Source: Pirellulales bacterium
Lineage (GTDB): Bacteria > Planctomycetota > Planctomycetia > Pirellulales > JAICIG01
Assembly: GCA_035547635.1 (NCBI GenBank)
Contig: DASZUP010000583.1
Coordinates: forward strand, 1-42,560
Direction of reading: 5' to 3'
Length of the DNA: 42,560 nt
Shown here one piece after another: positions 1 to 8,116 of this stretch. Position 1 is the stretch's first letter. Every line of letters starts with the position of its first letter. The translations under genes were made by a program, and so were the position numbers. The notes below the pieces were generated by a model. It was not told where the DNA came from, ran no database searches, and saw only the letters and a program-made list of their open reading frames with translations.

Positions 1-140
1 TCGGCAGATTGAGGGTCTGCTGCGGAAGCTGGAAAACAGGAACCGGTGAAGGCGGAAAGATGAAGACTCACGAAAGAGCCGGCGATTCGCGTGCTCGCGT
101 CGCTCGTTCTTCTGTGCGTGTGGGAGGCCGAGAGACGTCT

Positions 141-1739
141 ATGTTGAGAGAGTTTTTTTTCGCCGCCGCATTGGCGGGCGTTGGTCTCTGTTCGCCGCTC
201 GCGGCGCAGGAGCCATTCCCGCGAGATAGCGCCACGGAAAGGAAGATCAAGGCGGCGCTGGGCGAAATAGTTGAGCTTGATATCGATCAGTTGCCGCTTG
301 CCGAATTGGCCGAGTTGCTGAAGACCCGGCGCCAGATCGAAGTTCTGTTGGACCACCAGAATCTTGCCGATGAAGGTATCGCGTCAGACACGCCTTTTAC
401 ATTTCATCTGCGCGGAGTCTCGCTGAATTCGGCGCTACGGTTGCTGCTGTCGGAAGCGGATCTGACGCACGTCGTTCATGACGAAGTTCTGCTGATCACG
501 ACCAAGACGACGGCTGAGAACCTTATCACGTCAAGACTCTATCAAGTCGCCGATCTCGTCGAGCCTGACGGAGATTTTGTCGCGCGGTCGAGGCCAAGCG
601 GGATACTTGGCGGCTCGCGCAAGAGCGCAGATTACAACACGCTCGCCGAGACGCTGAACTTCATGGCAGCCCCGACGATGTGGGAGTGCAGCGGACCTGC
701 ATGCGATGTTTACGAATGCGGCGATGGGCTGATATCGATTCCACAGGCCCAGGAAGTCCACGAAGAAATCCAAGAGCTGCTGGTCAGCCTGCGAGCGGTG
801 CGCGAGGTGCAACGCAAGGCGGGACGAGCGCTGCGCGAGCAGCCCGTCGAGCAACCGCCCGTCAACGAAAGGGAATTCAAGTGCGAAGTCTTTCCGCTCT
901 TTCCCGCTGGCGGCGTATTTTATCGACGCGACGAGGTCGCCCAGCGCGAGGCGGCTGCTGAGTTCGCCAGGCTTATCCAGGACTTGATTGCACCGCGAAG
1001 TTGGCAGTTGCGGGGCGGCAACGGCGCCGTGGCAGTTGCGGGCAGTAATTTGCTGGTGCGCCAGACGCCACAGAAGTTGCGCGCAATTGCAGAGTTGATA
1101 GCCGCCACCAACGGCCGAAACCTCGCTCAGCCGCCCCGGCTTTTCCCTGCGGGGCCCCGAGCCGACTGGCCGCAGGAGGCCGAGCCGACGCCAAGGGGCG
1201 CCGCCGCGGCGATCGAGCAAGCCCTACGACAGCCGGTGAACTTAGATCTGCAAGAGAAGCCGCTGTCCGAAATTGCGGAGTACATCTCGCAAGAATTCGA
1301 GATTCCGGTCGTGCTGGATCACAGGGCCCTGAGCGACGCGAACTTGTCCTCTGACGTCCCCCTGTCGCTTGAAGCGGCTGGCGTTTCGCTGGAATCCGCA
1401 TTGCGGCAGTTGCTGAGCCCCGTCGAACTGGCTTTCGACGTTCGGCATGAAGCGTTGTTCATTACTACGGAAGATGAAGCGGAGAACTTGCTCTCGCTGA
1501 AAGTTTACCCCGTGTTCGACCTGGCAGCGGAGCCGGCAGACGCCGCAGCTTCGGGCGCCCGGCTAGATTATGCTGCCCTGGAAGAGTTATTGCTGCACAG
1601 CATCGCGCCGACAACCTGGCATGCAGGCGCGGTGATGGCGTACCCGAATTGCGGCGCCCTGATGGTCCGGCAGCGGCGAGACGTGCACCAGCAGATTGCG
1701 AGGCTGTTCGCCGCGTTGCGGCAGGCGGCGCAACAGTAA
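141..1739 (+). CDS. secreted protein with an internally duplicated ~250-aa module (STN/secretin-N0-like segment plus an 'IAPxxW...G.L.VRQ...H..I..L' segment)
   Basis: ORF 9..1739. The ATG at 141 gives an N-terminus 'MLREFFFAAALAGVGLCSPLAAQ' that looks like a signal peptide. Two clearly homologous blocks are present: 'LPLAELAELLKTRRQIEVLLDHQNLADEGIASDTPFTFHLRGVSLNSALRLLLS...VLLITTKTTAENL' and 'KPLSEIAEYISQEFEIPVVLDHRALSDANLSSDVPLSLEAAGVSLESALRQLLS...ALFITTEDEAENL'. The domain name is inferred, not searched. Confidence 0.75.
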   Translation: MLREFFFAAALAGVGLCSPLAAQEPFPRDSATERKIKAALGEIVELDIDQLPLAELAELLKTRRQIEVLLDHQNLADEGIASDTPFTFHLRGVSLNSALRLLLSEADLTHVVHDEVLLITTKTTAENLITSRLYQVADLVEPDGDFVARSRPSGILGGSRKSADYNTLAETLNFMAAPTMWECSGPACDVYECGDGLISIPQAQEVHEEIQELLVSLRAVREVQRKAGRALREQPVEQPPVNEREFKCEVFPLFPAGGVFYRRDEVAQREAAAEFARLIQDLIAPRSWQLRGGNGAVAVAGSNLLVRQTPQKLRAIAELIAATNGRNLAQPPRLFPAGPRADWPQEAEPTPRGAAAAIEQALRQPVNLDLQEKPLSEIAEYISQEFEIPVVLDHRALSDANLSSDVPLSLEAAGVSLESALRQLLSPVELAFDVRHEALFITTEDEAENLLSLKVYPVFDLAAEPADAAASGARLDYAALEELLLHSIAPTTWHAGAVMAYPNCGALMVRQRRDVHQQIARLFAALRQAAQQ

Positions 1740-1758
1740 AGCGAGCGTCGCGCTCGCT
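1740..1758. terminator. GC-rich palindromic stem-loop between convergent genes (candidate bidirectional terminator)
   Basis: 'agcgagcg tcg cgctcgct' forms an 8-bp perfect inverted repeat directly after the TAA at 1737-1739. It lies between the + gene ending at 1739 and the - gene ending at 1848. No U-tract follows it. Confidence 0.35.
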
Positions 1759-1847
1759 CCCGGTGGGGACGCATAAACCATCCGGACTACGGCACGCGCA
1801 AGGCCGCTTGTGCTGCGCAAGTATCAGGCCAAACGCCACCGCCGGGA

Positions 1848-2903
1848 TCAGGCTTCGTGGGTTTCGGCGGCAGGGGCGGACTTGCGGTTGGACAGACTGT
1901 CAAAGCGGCCGAAGATCATGCGGCCGGCGCTGGTCTGCAAGACGCTGGTGACCGAGATCTTGACGGTCTTGCCGACGTGATCGCGGCCGCCTTCGATGAC
2001 AATCATCGTTCCGTCGTCGAGATACCCGACCCCTTGGCCCGCTTCTTCGCCCGGCTTGACAACGTAAACTTCCAACGCTTCGCCCGGCAGGAACAGGGGC
2101 TTCAGCGCGTTGGCCAACTCGTTGAGATTGATCACGTCGACGCCGTGCAGCTTGGCCACCTTGTTGAGATTGTAATCGTTGGTGACCACCTTGCCGCCCA
2201 TGTGCCTGGCCAGCAAGACGAGTTTGAGATCGACCGGCTGGCCCTCGAACTCGGGCAGCACGCGATCATAAATCTGCAGATCGACCGAGGGGTTGGAGCG
2301 CAGACGATTCAGAATGTCGAGCCCGCGGCGTCCGCGGCTGCGGCGCAGCCGATCGGAGCTGTCGGCGATGGCCTGCAGCTCGCCCAGCACGAAACGCGGC
2401 ATGATCAGTTGGCTGTCGAGGATCTTCGTCTCAACCACGTCGGCAATGCGGCCGTCGATGACCACGCTGGTATCGAGCACGAACGGCTTCAGTCCTTTCA
2501 CCTCCTTGGAGAATTCCACGTAGGGAATGATGAAGCGAAAGTCGTCTCGCGTCTGCATCAGCAGGCTGATGCACGTGTAACAAATGATCAACCCGATCAC
2601 CAGGCTGACGACGGACTTGCTCCAATCTTCGCGCGGCATGACGGGCGTCAGCGCCAGCCCGACGACGTAAGTCAGGAACAAACCGACGATCAATCCGAAA
2701 TAAACGGACGAGATAACGTCGAGCGGCTTTTTGCGCACCGCCACGTCGAGACTGACCACGCCCGCCGAGATGACGAGGATGCCGCCGAACACGACCCAAG
2801 GCAGCCACTCGGGCTTGTCGGGCATGGTCGGATTCTGGACCAGCGAGACGGCCAGGCCAGCCGCCACCAGAAAGAAAATCAGACGAAGAACAATCAATTG
2901 CAT
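1848..2903 (-). CDS. PIN and TRAM domain-containing membrane protein (YacL-like)
   Basis: N-terminal hydrophobic helices come first, then a PIN-like block 'VLDTSVVIDGRI...GKVVTNDYNLNKVAKLHGVDVINLNELANALKP'. The C-terminus is TRAM-like: 'GEALEVYVVKPGEEAGQGVGYLDDGTMIVIEGG...KISVTSVLQTSAGRMIFG'. ATG at 2903. Confidence 0.85.
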   Translation of the reverse strand: MQLIVLRLIFFLVAAGLAVSLVQNPTMPDKPEWLPWVVFGGILVISAGVVSLDVAVRKKPLDVISSVYFGLIVGLFLTYVVGLALTPVMPREDWSKSVVSLVIGLIICYTCISLLMQTRDDFRFIIPYVEFSKEVKGLKPFVLDTSVVIDGRIADVVETKILDSQLIMPRFVLGELQAIADSSDRLRRSRGRRGLDILNRLRSNPSVDLQIYDRVLPEFEGQPVDLKLVLLARHMGGKVVTNDYNLNKVAKLHGVDVINLNELANALKPLFLPGEALEVYVVKPGEEAGQGVGYLDDGTMIVIEGGRDHVGKTVKISVTSVLQTSAGRMIFGRFDSLSNRKSAPAAETHEA

Positions 2904-3031
2904 GCTTGCACGCTGCCCCTTAGGGCGCCTTTTGGCGGGGGGAAGATCTCCCGCTACGGCGGTGATCTCACGTTAAGAATTGTACCATCTACTCTTTCGG
3001 GCGTCAGGAGCCGAACCGGTCCGGGAGCGTC

Positions 3032-4174
3032 TTATTTGGCCTGAAATAAACGCGCATGTTCTTGCTGCGCATAGCGATCCGTCATGCCCGCCAGATAATC
3101 GCCCACGCTCCGCCGCAAGCCCGTCTGCTCGGCACGGGCGAGAAAACTCTTAGGAAGCAGCTCCGGCCGGGCGACGTACCCGGCAAACATCTCCCGTAGC
3201 ATGGCCTGGGCCCGGCTACGCAGCCGCAGCACCTCCGGATGGCGATAGACCCGGTCGTAAAGAAACTTTTCGAGCTGCCGCTTCAATTTCGCCAGCTCGG
3301 GGCTGACCTCGGCCAGGTAGGGCGCCGCCCGCACGTCCGCGGCCGAATTCAAGTCGCCCGCGGCCAGACGCCGTTGGAGCCGATCAACCAGGTCGCCGAC
3401 CTGCCAGTCGATGAGTTCGTGCAGCACGGCGTGCTTAAGCTGTTTGCCGGTCAATTCTCCATGACGCTGGCGAACGCGGCGGGCCGCCTCGTTCCACAAC
3501 GGCACTTCGAGCAATTCGGGCAACGTCAACAATCCCAACTCCAAGGCGTCGTCCGCATCGTGCGTATCATAAGCCACGCTATCGGCCGCTTCCACGACTT
3601 GCACTTCCAACAACGGACGCGAGACGCCGCTCGACTTGGAGATTCTCGTAGCCTGGCCTTCCAGGACTTCACAGCTCAGATTAAGCCCGGGAAATTCCGG
3701 ATAGCGTTGCTCCAACTCTTCCAGGATGGTCAGCGCTTGGCGATTGTGGGAAAAGCCCCCTTCGTCGACCAGGCACTCGTTGAGCGCGTCCTCGCCGGCG
3801 TGACCGAACGGCGGATGCCCCAGGTCGTGGGCCAACGCCAGCGCTTCGATCAGATCCTCATTGAGCTTGAGCGCCCGGCCGACCGTGCGCGCCACCGACG
3901 CCACTTCCAGCGTGTGCGTGAGCCGGGTGCGGTGGTAATCTCCCCGCTCGCCCGTAAAAACCTGCATCTTGGCGCTCAACCGACGATAAGCGGCGCTATG
4001 GACGATACGGTCGCGGTCGCGCTGAAAGGGGCCGCGATATGGGTGGGGCGGCTCCGGATGTTTACGCCCCGCCGAGTCGGCGCTGTGCATGGCATAGGGC
4101 GCCAGCAGCGCTCGCTCTCGGGCGGCGATCAACGTGTCGTCAGACGGCGAGGAATCAGGTTGGACGACTTTCAT
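3032..4174 (-). CDS. dgt: dGTPase-family HD-domain triphosphohydrolase (deoxyguanosinetriphosphate triphosphohydrolase-like)
   Basis: Motifs 'FQRDRDRIVHSAAYRRL', 'RTRLTHTLEV' and the HD motif 'LAHDLGHPPFGH'. Start placed at the internal ATG (MKVVQPD) at 4174, which overlaps the upstream HIT gene stop in ATGA (4171-4174). The N-terminal 144 aa of the track ORF are Arg/Gly/Pro junk. Confidence 0.88.
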   Translation of the reverse strand: MKVVQPDSSPSDDTLIAARERALLAPYAMHSADSAGRKHPEPPHPYRGPFQRDRDRIVHSAAYRRLSAKMQVFTGERGDYHRTRLTHTLEVASVARTVGRALKLNEDLIEALALAHDLGHPPFGHAGEDALNECLVDEGGFSHNRQALTILEELEQRYPEFPGLNLSCEVLEGQATRISKSSGVSRPLLEVQVVEAADSVAYDTHDADDALELGLLTLPELLEVPLWNEAARRVRQRHGELTGKQLKHAVLHELIDWQVGDLVDRLQRRLAAGDLNSAADVRAAPYLAEVSPELAKLKRQLEKFLYDRVYRHPEVLRLRSRAQAMLREMFAGYVARPELLPKSFLARAEQTGLRRSVGDYLAGMTDRYAQQEHARLFQAK

Positions 4175-4716
4175 AGAGTCTCGTTCGCCAGGGGCGAGCG
4201 CGCCAATTCGGCGGACAATAGTTCCCAGACGGCATCCAGCGCCTGCGGAATCACGTCGACGCCGGCCAGGACCGGCATGAAATTGGTATCGCCGCTCCAT
4301 CGCGGCACCAGATGCCAGTGCAAATGCCCCGGCACGCCTGCGCCGGCCACGTGCCCCAGGTTCAAACCAATATTGAAGCCCTGGGCATTCATGGTCCGCT
4401 CGATAACCGCGACCGACTCGCTGAGAACCCGGATGGCCTCGGCATGCGTCTGGGCCGAGATCTGGTCGAGCCGCGCCTGGTGGCTTTGCGGCGCCACCAG
4501 CAGGTGGCCGTTGTTGTACGGATACCGATTGAGGATCGCCAGCGTATGCCGGCCTCGGAACACGACCAGGTTCTCGCGGTCGGCCGCGTCGGCCACGGCT
4601 CGGCACATGAAGCAGCCCGGATCGGCGCCGGGCAGGAGCGACAGCGCTTTAGCGTCGACTGGCCGCTCCCCGCGGATGTAACCCAATCGCCAGGGCGCCC
4701 AAAGCTGGTCGTGCAT
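4171..4716 (-). CDS. HIT (histidine triad) family nucleotide hydrolase/transferase
   Basis: Histidine triad 'GHLHWHLVPRW'. Also 'NRYPYNNGHLLVAP' and a 'CFMC' zinc-type motif near the N-terminus. Start taken at ATG 4716 (MHDQLWAPWR). Confidence 0.85.
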   Translation of the reverse strand: MHDQLWAPWRLGYIRGERPVDAKALSLLPGADPGCFMCRAVADAADRENLVVFRGRHTLAILNRYPYNNGHLLVAPQSHQARLDQISAQTHAEAIRVLSESVAVIERTMNAQGFNIGLNLGHVAGAGVPGHLHWHLVPRWSGDTNFMPVLAGVDVIPQALDAVWELLSAELARSPLANETL

Positions 4717-5037
4717 TAAATGATTCGTCCTCTTCAAGCCGCCAGGCCGTCTGGTCAGCGGCGGCAAAGCTCGCCCGATTCGTATATCTTGTTGATTAGT
4801 CTACACTTTACGGCAATCGGGCGCAGGCTTTCAAGCCGTGCCGGTCCCGTCCGGCAGACTGGGAATCAGTTGCAACTGTAGCTCATGCCGGATGGCAGAC
4901 GGGATTCGGCCGCGCTTGGGCCCGTGCCTTCGCGTTGTTGGGTGCGTGTGCGGCGGATGGCGTGCGGCGGGCGAATCCTTTAGAAAGAGTGTTAGGAAAC
5001 TCTGCGAACGGCAACCGACCCCTGACTTCGGGCATTG

Positions 5038-5868
5038 ATGGCATTCCGCGTTGATCTGGACATTTTCCGCGGTCCGCTCGACCTGTTGTTGTACCTGGTG
5101 CGCAAGCACGAGGTGGACGTGGTCGACATTCCCATCGCCGCCGTCGCCGAGCAGTTTCTGGAATACCTGTCGGTGCTCGAACAGCTCGACGTGAATGCCG
5201 TAGGCGACTTTTTGGAGATGGCCAGCACGCTGGTCGAGATCAAATCTCGCCAGGTGCTCCCTCGCGCAGAAGAGGAAGAGGAAGGGGTGCTGGAAGATCC
5301 CCGGCAGGAATTGGTGCAACGGCTGCTGGAGTACAAAAAGTTCAAGGACGCGGCCAGCATTCTGGATGAGCGGAGCCGCGAGTGGCAGGAGCGCTTTCCG
5401 CGATTGGCCAATGACCTGCCGGCGCGGCAGCGGAATCTGGCCGACGAGCCAATCCACGAGTTGGAGTTGTGGGATCTGGTCAGCGCCTTCGGCCGCGTCA
5501 TGCGAGACACCCAGACGGCGCCCGCCTCGAATATCGTCTACGACGACACGCCGATCCACGTCCACATGTCGCGGATCCACGAACGTCTGCAGAGTACAGA
5601 GCGAGTGGCTTTCAGCCAGTTGTTCCAGGGGGGCATGCACAAGTCGTCACTGATCGGCATGTTCCTGGCCATTCTGGAGCTTGTCCGCCACCATGGCGTG
5701 CGAGCTGAACAAGACGACCCCAGCGGCGAAATTTGGATTTTACCTGGCGAGCAGACCCCGGAAACGATCGATACTTCCGCCGTGGACAACTACGAGGGGG
5801 GAACGCGGAATTCCGCAGGCGGAACGGAACAGGCCGAGGACGGACCGGCAGAGGAGTCCTCCTCCTGA
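5038..5868 (+). CDS. scpA: segregation and condensation protein A
   Basis: 'FRVDLDIFRGPLDLLLYLVRKHEVDVVDIPIAAVAEQFLEYL...LEMASTLVEIKSRQVLP' is the classic ScpA N-terminus. ATG at 5038; a TTG at 5035 is one codon upstream. Confidence 0.9.
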   Translation: MAFRVDLDIFRGPLDLLLYLVRKHEVDVVDIPIAAVAEQFLEYLSVLEQLDVNAVGDFLEMASTLVEIKSRQVLPRAEEEEEGVLEDPRQELVQRLLEYKKFKDAASILDERSREWQERFPRLANDLPARQRNLADEPIHELELWDLVSAFGRVMRDTQTAPASNIVYDDTPIHVHMSRIHERLQSTERVAFSQLFQGGMHKSSLIGMFLAILELVRHHGVRAEQDDPSGEIWILPGEQTPETIDTSAVDNYEGGTRNSAGGTEQAEDGPAEESSS

Positions 5869-5905
5869 CGCACCGCGGCACGGCCGGCCCAGGGCGTTTT
5901 TGGGC

Positions 5906-5925
5906 GCCGCATTCCGCATTCGCAC
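5906..5925. repeat. short heptamer-type repeat (reverse orientation copy of the CGGAATG family)
   Basis: 'gccgcattccgcattcgcac' has the reverse complement 'GTGCGAATGCGGAATGCGGC'. It lies in the scpA / MBL-hydrolase intergenic region. Confidence 0.6.
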
Positions 5926-5974
5926 TTTGTTCTTTACACTGGGGGATTCTCTGGGGACGAAGTGCGAAGAGCTT

Positions 5975-6814
5975 ATGGTCAATAATCTGCCGGTTAAAAC
6001 GCTCGTTCATAAAGACTTGACGGTCGAGGGGTACTCTCGGGCGGCAGTGCAGACTTATTGGCGGCTGCCCGAGTTGAAGATCGGCTTCGATCTGGGGGGC
6101 CAGCCCTGGTCGTTCATGGGCACCGGAACCTGGTTCCTGTCGCACACGCACCTCGATCATGTGGCGGCGCTGCCGGTGTATGTGGCGCGGCGGCGAATGA
6201 TGAAGATGGAGCCGCCGACCATTTATATGCCCGAGGGCGCCATCGAGCACGTCGAGAGGATTCTCAAACTGTTCACGCGGCTCGACCGCGGCCGCATGCC
6301 GTGCCGATTGCTGCCGGCGCGCCCGGGCGACGAGATCGAACTGTCGCGCGAGCACGTGGTGACGGTCAGCGAAACCAAGCACACGGTGCCCTCACTGGGC
6401 TTCGTGGTCTGGGAGCGGCGGCGGAAGCTGAAGGCCGAATACCAGGATCTGGCAGGCAGCCAGATTCGCGACCTGCGGCTGGCCGGCACGGAAGTGACGG
6501 AAGAGCGGCGGTTTCCGCGCGTGGCCTACCTGGGCGACAGCACGCCCGAAGGGCTCGACAACTGCCCTGCCATGTATGAGGCGCAGATCCTGATCACCGA
6601 ACTGACTTTCGTCGCCCCGCGGCACCGCAAAGAAAAGATCCATAAGTTCGGCCACATGCACATGGACGATCTGCTCCAGCGGCGCGACCGCTTCAAGAAC
6701 GAGTTGATCATCGCCGCACACCTCAGCACGCGGTACCACGTGCAGCAGGTGCGAAATTACGTCAGCCAGGCCGCGCCCGACATGTTCGACGGCCGTTTGC
6801 ACTTGTGGCTCTGA
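5975..6814 (+). CDS. MBL-fold metallo-hydrolase, ribonuclease Z-like
   Basis: Metallo-beta-lactamase motif 'SHTHLDHVAALP', with later 'HTVPSLGF' and 'GHMHMDD' His ligands. Start at the internal ATG 5975 (MVNNLPVKT). The upstream part of the track ORF overlaps scpA and is low complexity. Confidence 0.8.
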   Translation: MVNNLPVKTLVHKDLTVEGYSRAAVQTYWRLPELKIGFDLGGQPWSFMGTGTWFLSHTHLDHVAALPVYVARRRMMKMEPPTIYMPEGAIEHVERILKLFTRLDRGRMPCRLLPARPGDEIELSREHVVTVSETKHTVPSLGFVVWERRRKLKAEYQDLAGSQIRDLRLAGTEVTEERRFPRVAYLGDSTPEGLDNCPAMYEAQILITELTFVAPRHRKEKIHKFGHMHMDDLLQRRDRFKNELIIAAHLSTRYHVQQVRNYVSQAAPDMFDGRLHLWL

Positions 6815-6820
6815 CGAACT

Positions 6821-6849
6821 CGGAATGCGGAGTGCGGAGTGCGGAATGA
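6821..6849. repeat. tandem heptamer array CGGAATG-CGGAGTG-CGGAGTG-CGGAATG
   Basis: Four consecutive 7-nt units begin 7 nt after the stop of the MBL hydrolase gene. The array is inverted relative to the 5906-5925 copy. Confidence 0.7.
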
Positions 6850-6954
6850 AGAAGAGAGAACGCTCTGCTTGGGCCGCGTTTTGAGTCTGTCTCGCTCCCG
6901 CCTGCATTTCTTTGACGCCTGACGCCGCTTTTCTCCGACGCCTACAATAGAGGC

Positions 6955-8112
6955 ATGGAACCATCTCCAGCCGCAGCAATTGCGTCCGGGCCGAGGGCCG
7001 CGTATGTGCACGTGCCGTTCTGCGCACATCGGTGCGGGTATTGCAACTTCACGCTGATCGCAGGTCGCGATGAGCTGGTCGGGCGCTACCTGGCCGCCTT
7101 GGAGCAAGAGCTGTCACTGCTCGACGAACGGCCGGCGGTGGAAACGCTGTTCGTTGGCGGCGGCACGCCGACTCACCTCTCGCCGGCAGACTTGCAGCGA
7201 TTGCTGGAGATTGTGCGCCGCCGCTTCAAACTGACCCCCGGAGGCGAGTTCAGCGTCGAAGCCAATCCCTTCGGTCTCGATCGCGAGCGAGTGGCCCTGC
7301 TGGCCGAGTACGGCGTTACGCGGCTGAGTTTGGGGGCGCAATCGTTTGATCCCGGCAAGCTCAGACTACTGGAACGGGACCATGCTGCGGCAGATATCGC
7401 CCGGAGCGTCGAGCTCGCCCGGGGCGCGCTGCAGTCGGTGTCGCTCGACCTGATCTTCGGCGTACCGGGAGAATCGCTGGCGGTCTGGCGTGACGACCTG
7501 GCCGCCGCCTTACGGCTACAGCCAGACCACGTTTCTACCTATGGCCTGACCTTCGAACGCGGCACGGCGTTCTGGAGCCGCTTGAACCACGGTCGCCTTG
7601 AGCGGCTGGACGAGGAGTTGGAACGCGCAATGTACGCCGAGGCGATTGACACGCTGGGCGGCGCCGGCTTCGAACACTACGAAGTCTCCAACTTTGCGCG
7701 CCCCGGCCGGCGCTGCCGCCATAACGAAGTCTATTGGGCGGCCGAAGAGTATTACGCCGCGGGCCCCGGCGCGGCTCGCTACCTGGGCGGCCGCCGCGAG
7801 ACCAATCACCGCAGCACGACGACGTGGATCAGGCGAGTCCTCTCCGGTCAGTCGCCCGTCGCCGAAAGTGAAACGCTGTCGGCCGAGGATCGCGCTCGCG
7901 AAGCGCTGGTGCTTGCTTTGCGCCGCTTGGAAGGGATTGAGCGATGTGAATTCGTCAAGCGGACCGGTTTCGAAGTCGAGGCGCTCATCGGGGACGAGTT
8001 GCCGAAACTGGCGGAGCTCGGCTTGCTGAGCGACCGGGACGGTCGAGTCCGTCTGACGCGCGAGGGGCTGTTCATCAGCGATGCGATCTGGTCGCGATTC
8101 TTGAAGCAGTAG
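6955..8112 (+). CDS. hemW: radical SAM family haem chaperone HemW / oxygen-independent coproporphyrinogen oxidase-like
   Basis: 'AYVHVPFCAHRCGYCNF' (CxxxCxxC), 'LFVGGGTPT', 'RLSLGAQSF', and a C-terminal HemN_C-like 'LTREGLFISDAI'. Confidence 0.88.
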   Translation: MEPSPAAAIASGPRAAYVHVPFCAHRCGYCNFTLIAGRDELVGRYLAALEQELSLLDERPAVETLFVGGGTPTHLSPADLQRLLEIVRRRFKLTPGGEFSVEANPFGLDRERVALLAEYGVTRLSLGAQSFDPGKLRLLERDHAAADIARSVELARGALQSVSLDLIFGVPGESLAVWRDDLAAALRLQPDHVSTYGLTFERGTAFWSRLNHGRLERLDEELERAMYAEAIDTLGGAGFEHYEVSNFARPGRRCRHNEVYWAAEEYYAAGPGAARYLGGRRETNHRSTTTWIRRVLSGQSPVAESETLSAEDRAREALVLALRRLEGIERCEFVKRTGFEVEALIGDELPKLAELGLLSDRDGRVRLTREGLFISDAIWSRFLKQ

Positions 8113-8116
8113 CGCG

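Noticed and set aside
1857-3044. 395-aa + strand ORF covering the whole YacL-like gene. Similar long antisense ORFs occur at 3239-4681, 12271-13425, 13962-15188, 15331-16443, 24381-25280, 26059-27540, 28215-29201, 33167-34231, 36473-37484 and 39521-40819.
   Set aside because: Each is fully antisense to a gene with unmistakable catalytic motifs. Their translations are Arg/Ala/Gly/Pro/His-rich low complexity with no motif. Stop-poor antisense frames of this kind are the expected artefact of a GC-rich genome.
3032-4174. Calling the dGTPase homologue an anti-phage defence gene.
   Set aside because: It is embedded among core genes (the YacL-like gene, the HIT gene, scpA) with native composition and no other defence genes nearby. 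The housekeeping dGTPase-like function is the more economical reading. I kept it only as a low-interest note.
3032-4606. Long N-terminal extensions of track ORFs. Examples are the dGTPase to 4606, ilvH to 11700, the MBL hydrolase from 5681, the SDR to 25469, MeaB to 26353, the anti-sigma from 20299, DUF1080 from 21241 and the Hyi-like gene from 27843.
   Set aside because: The extensions overlap the neighbouring gene, are Arg/Pro-rich and precede a much better internal start. The internal starts come with a signal peptide, an SD sequence, an ATGA coupling or the conserved family N-terminus, so I trimmed to them.
4768-5037. Small ORFs (4838-5038 + and 4831-5640 -) in the HIT / scpA divergent region.
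   Set aside because: Their composition is poor (Cys/Arg/Gly-rich) and they overlap scpA in antisense. The region is better explained as a divergent promoter region, but I could not identify convincing -35/-10 hexamers, so no promoter feature is reported.
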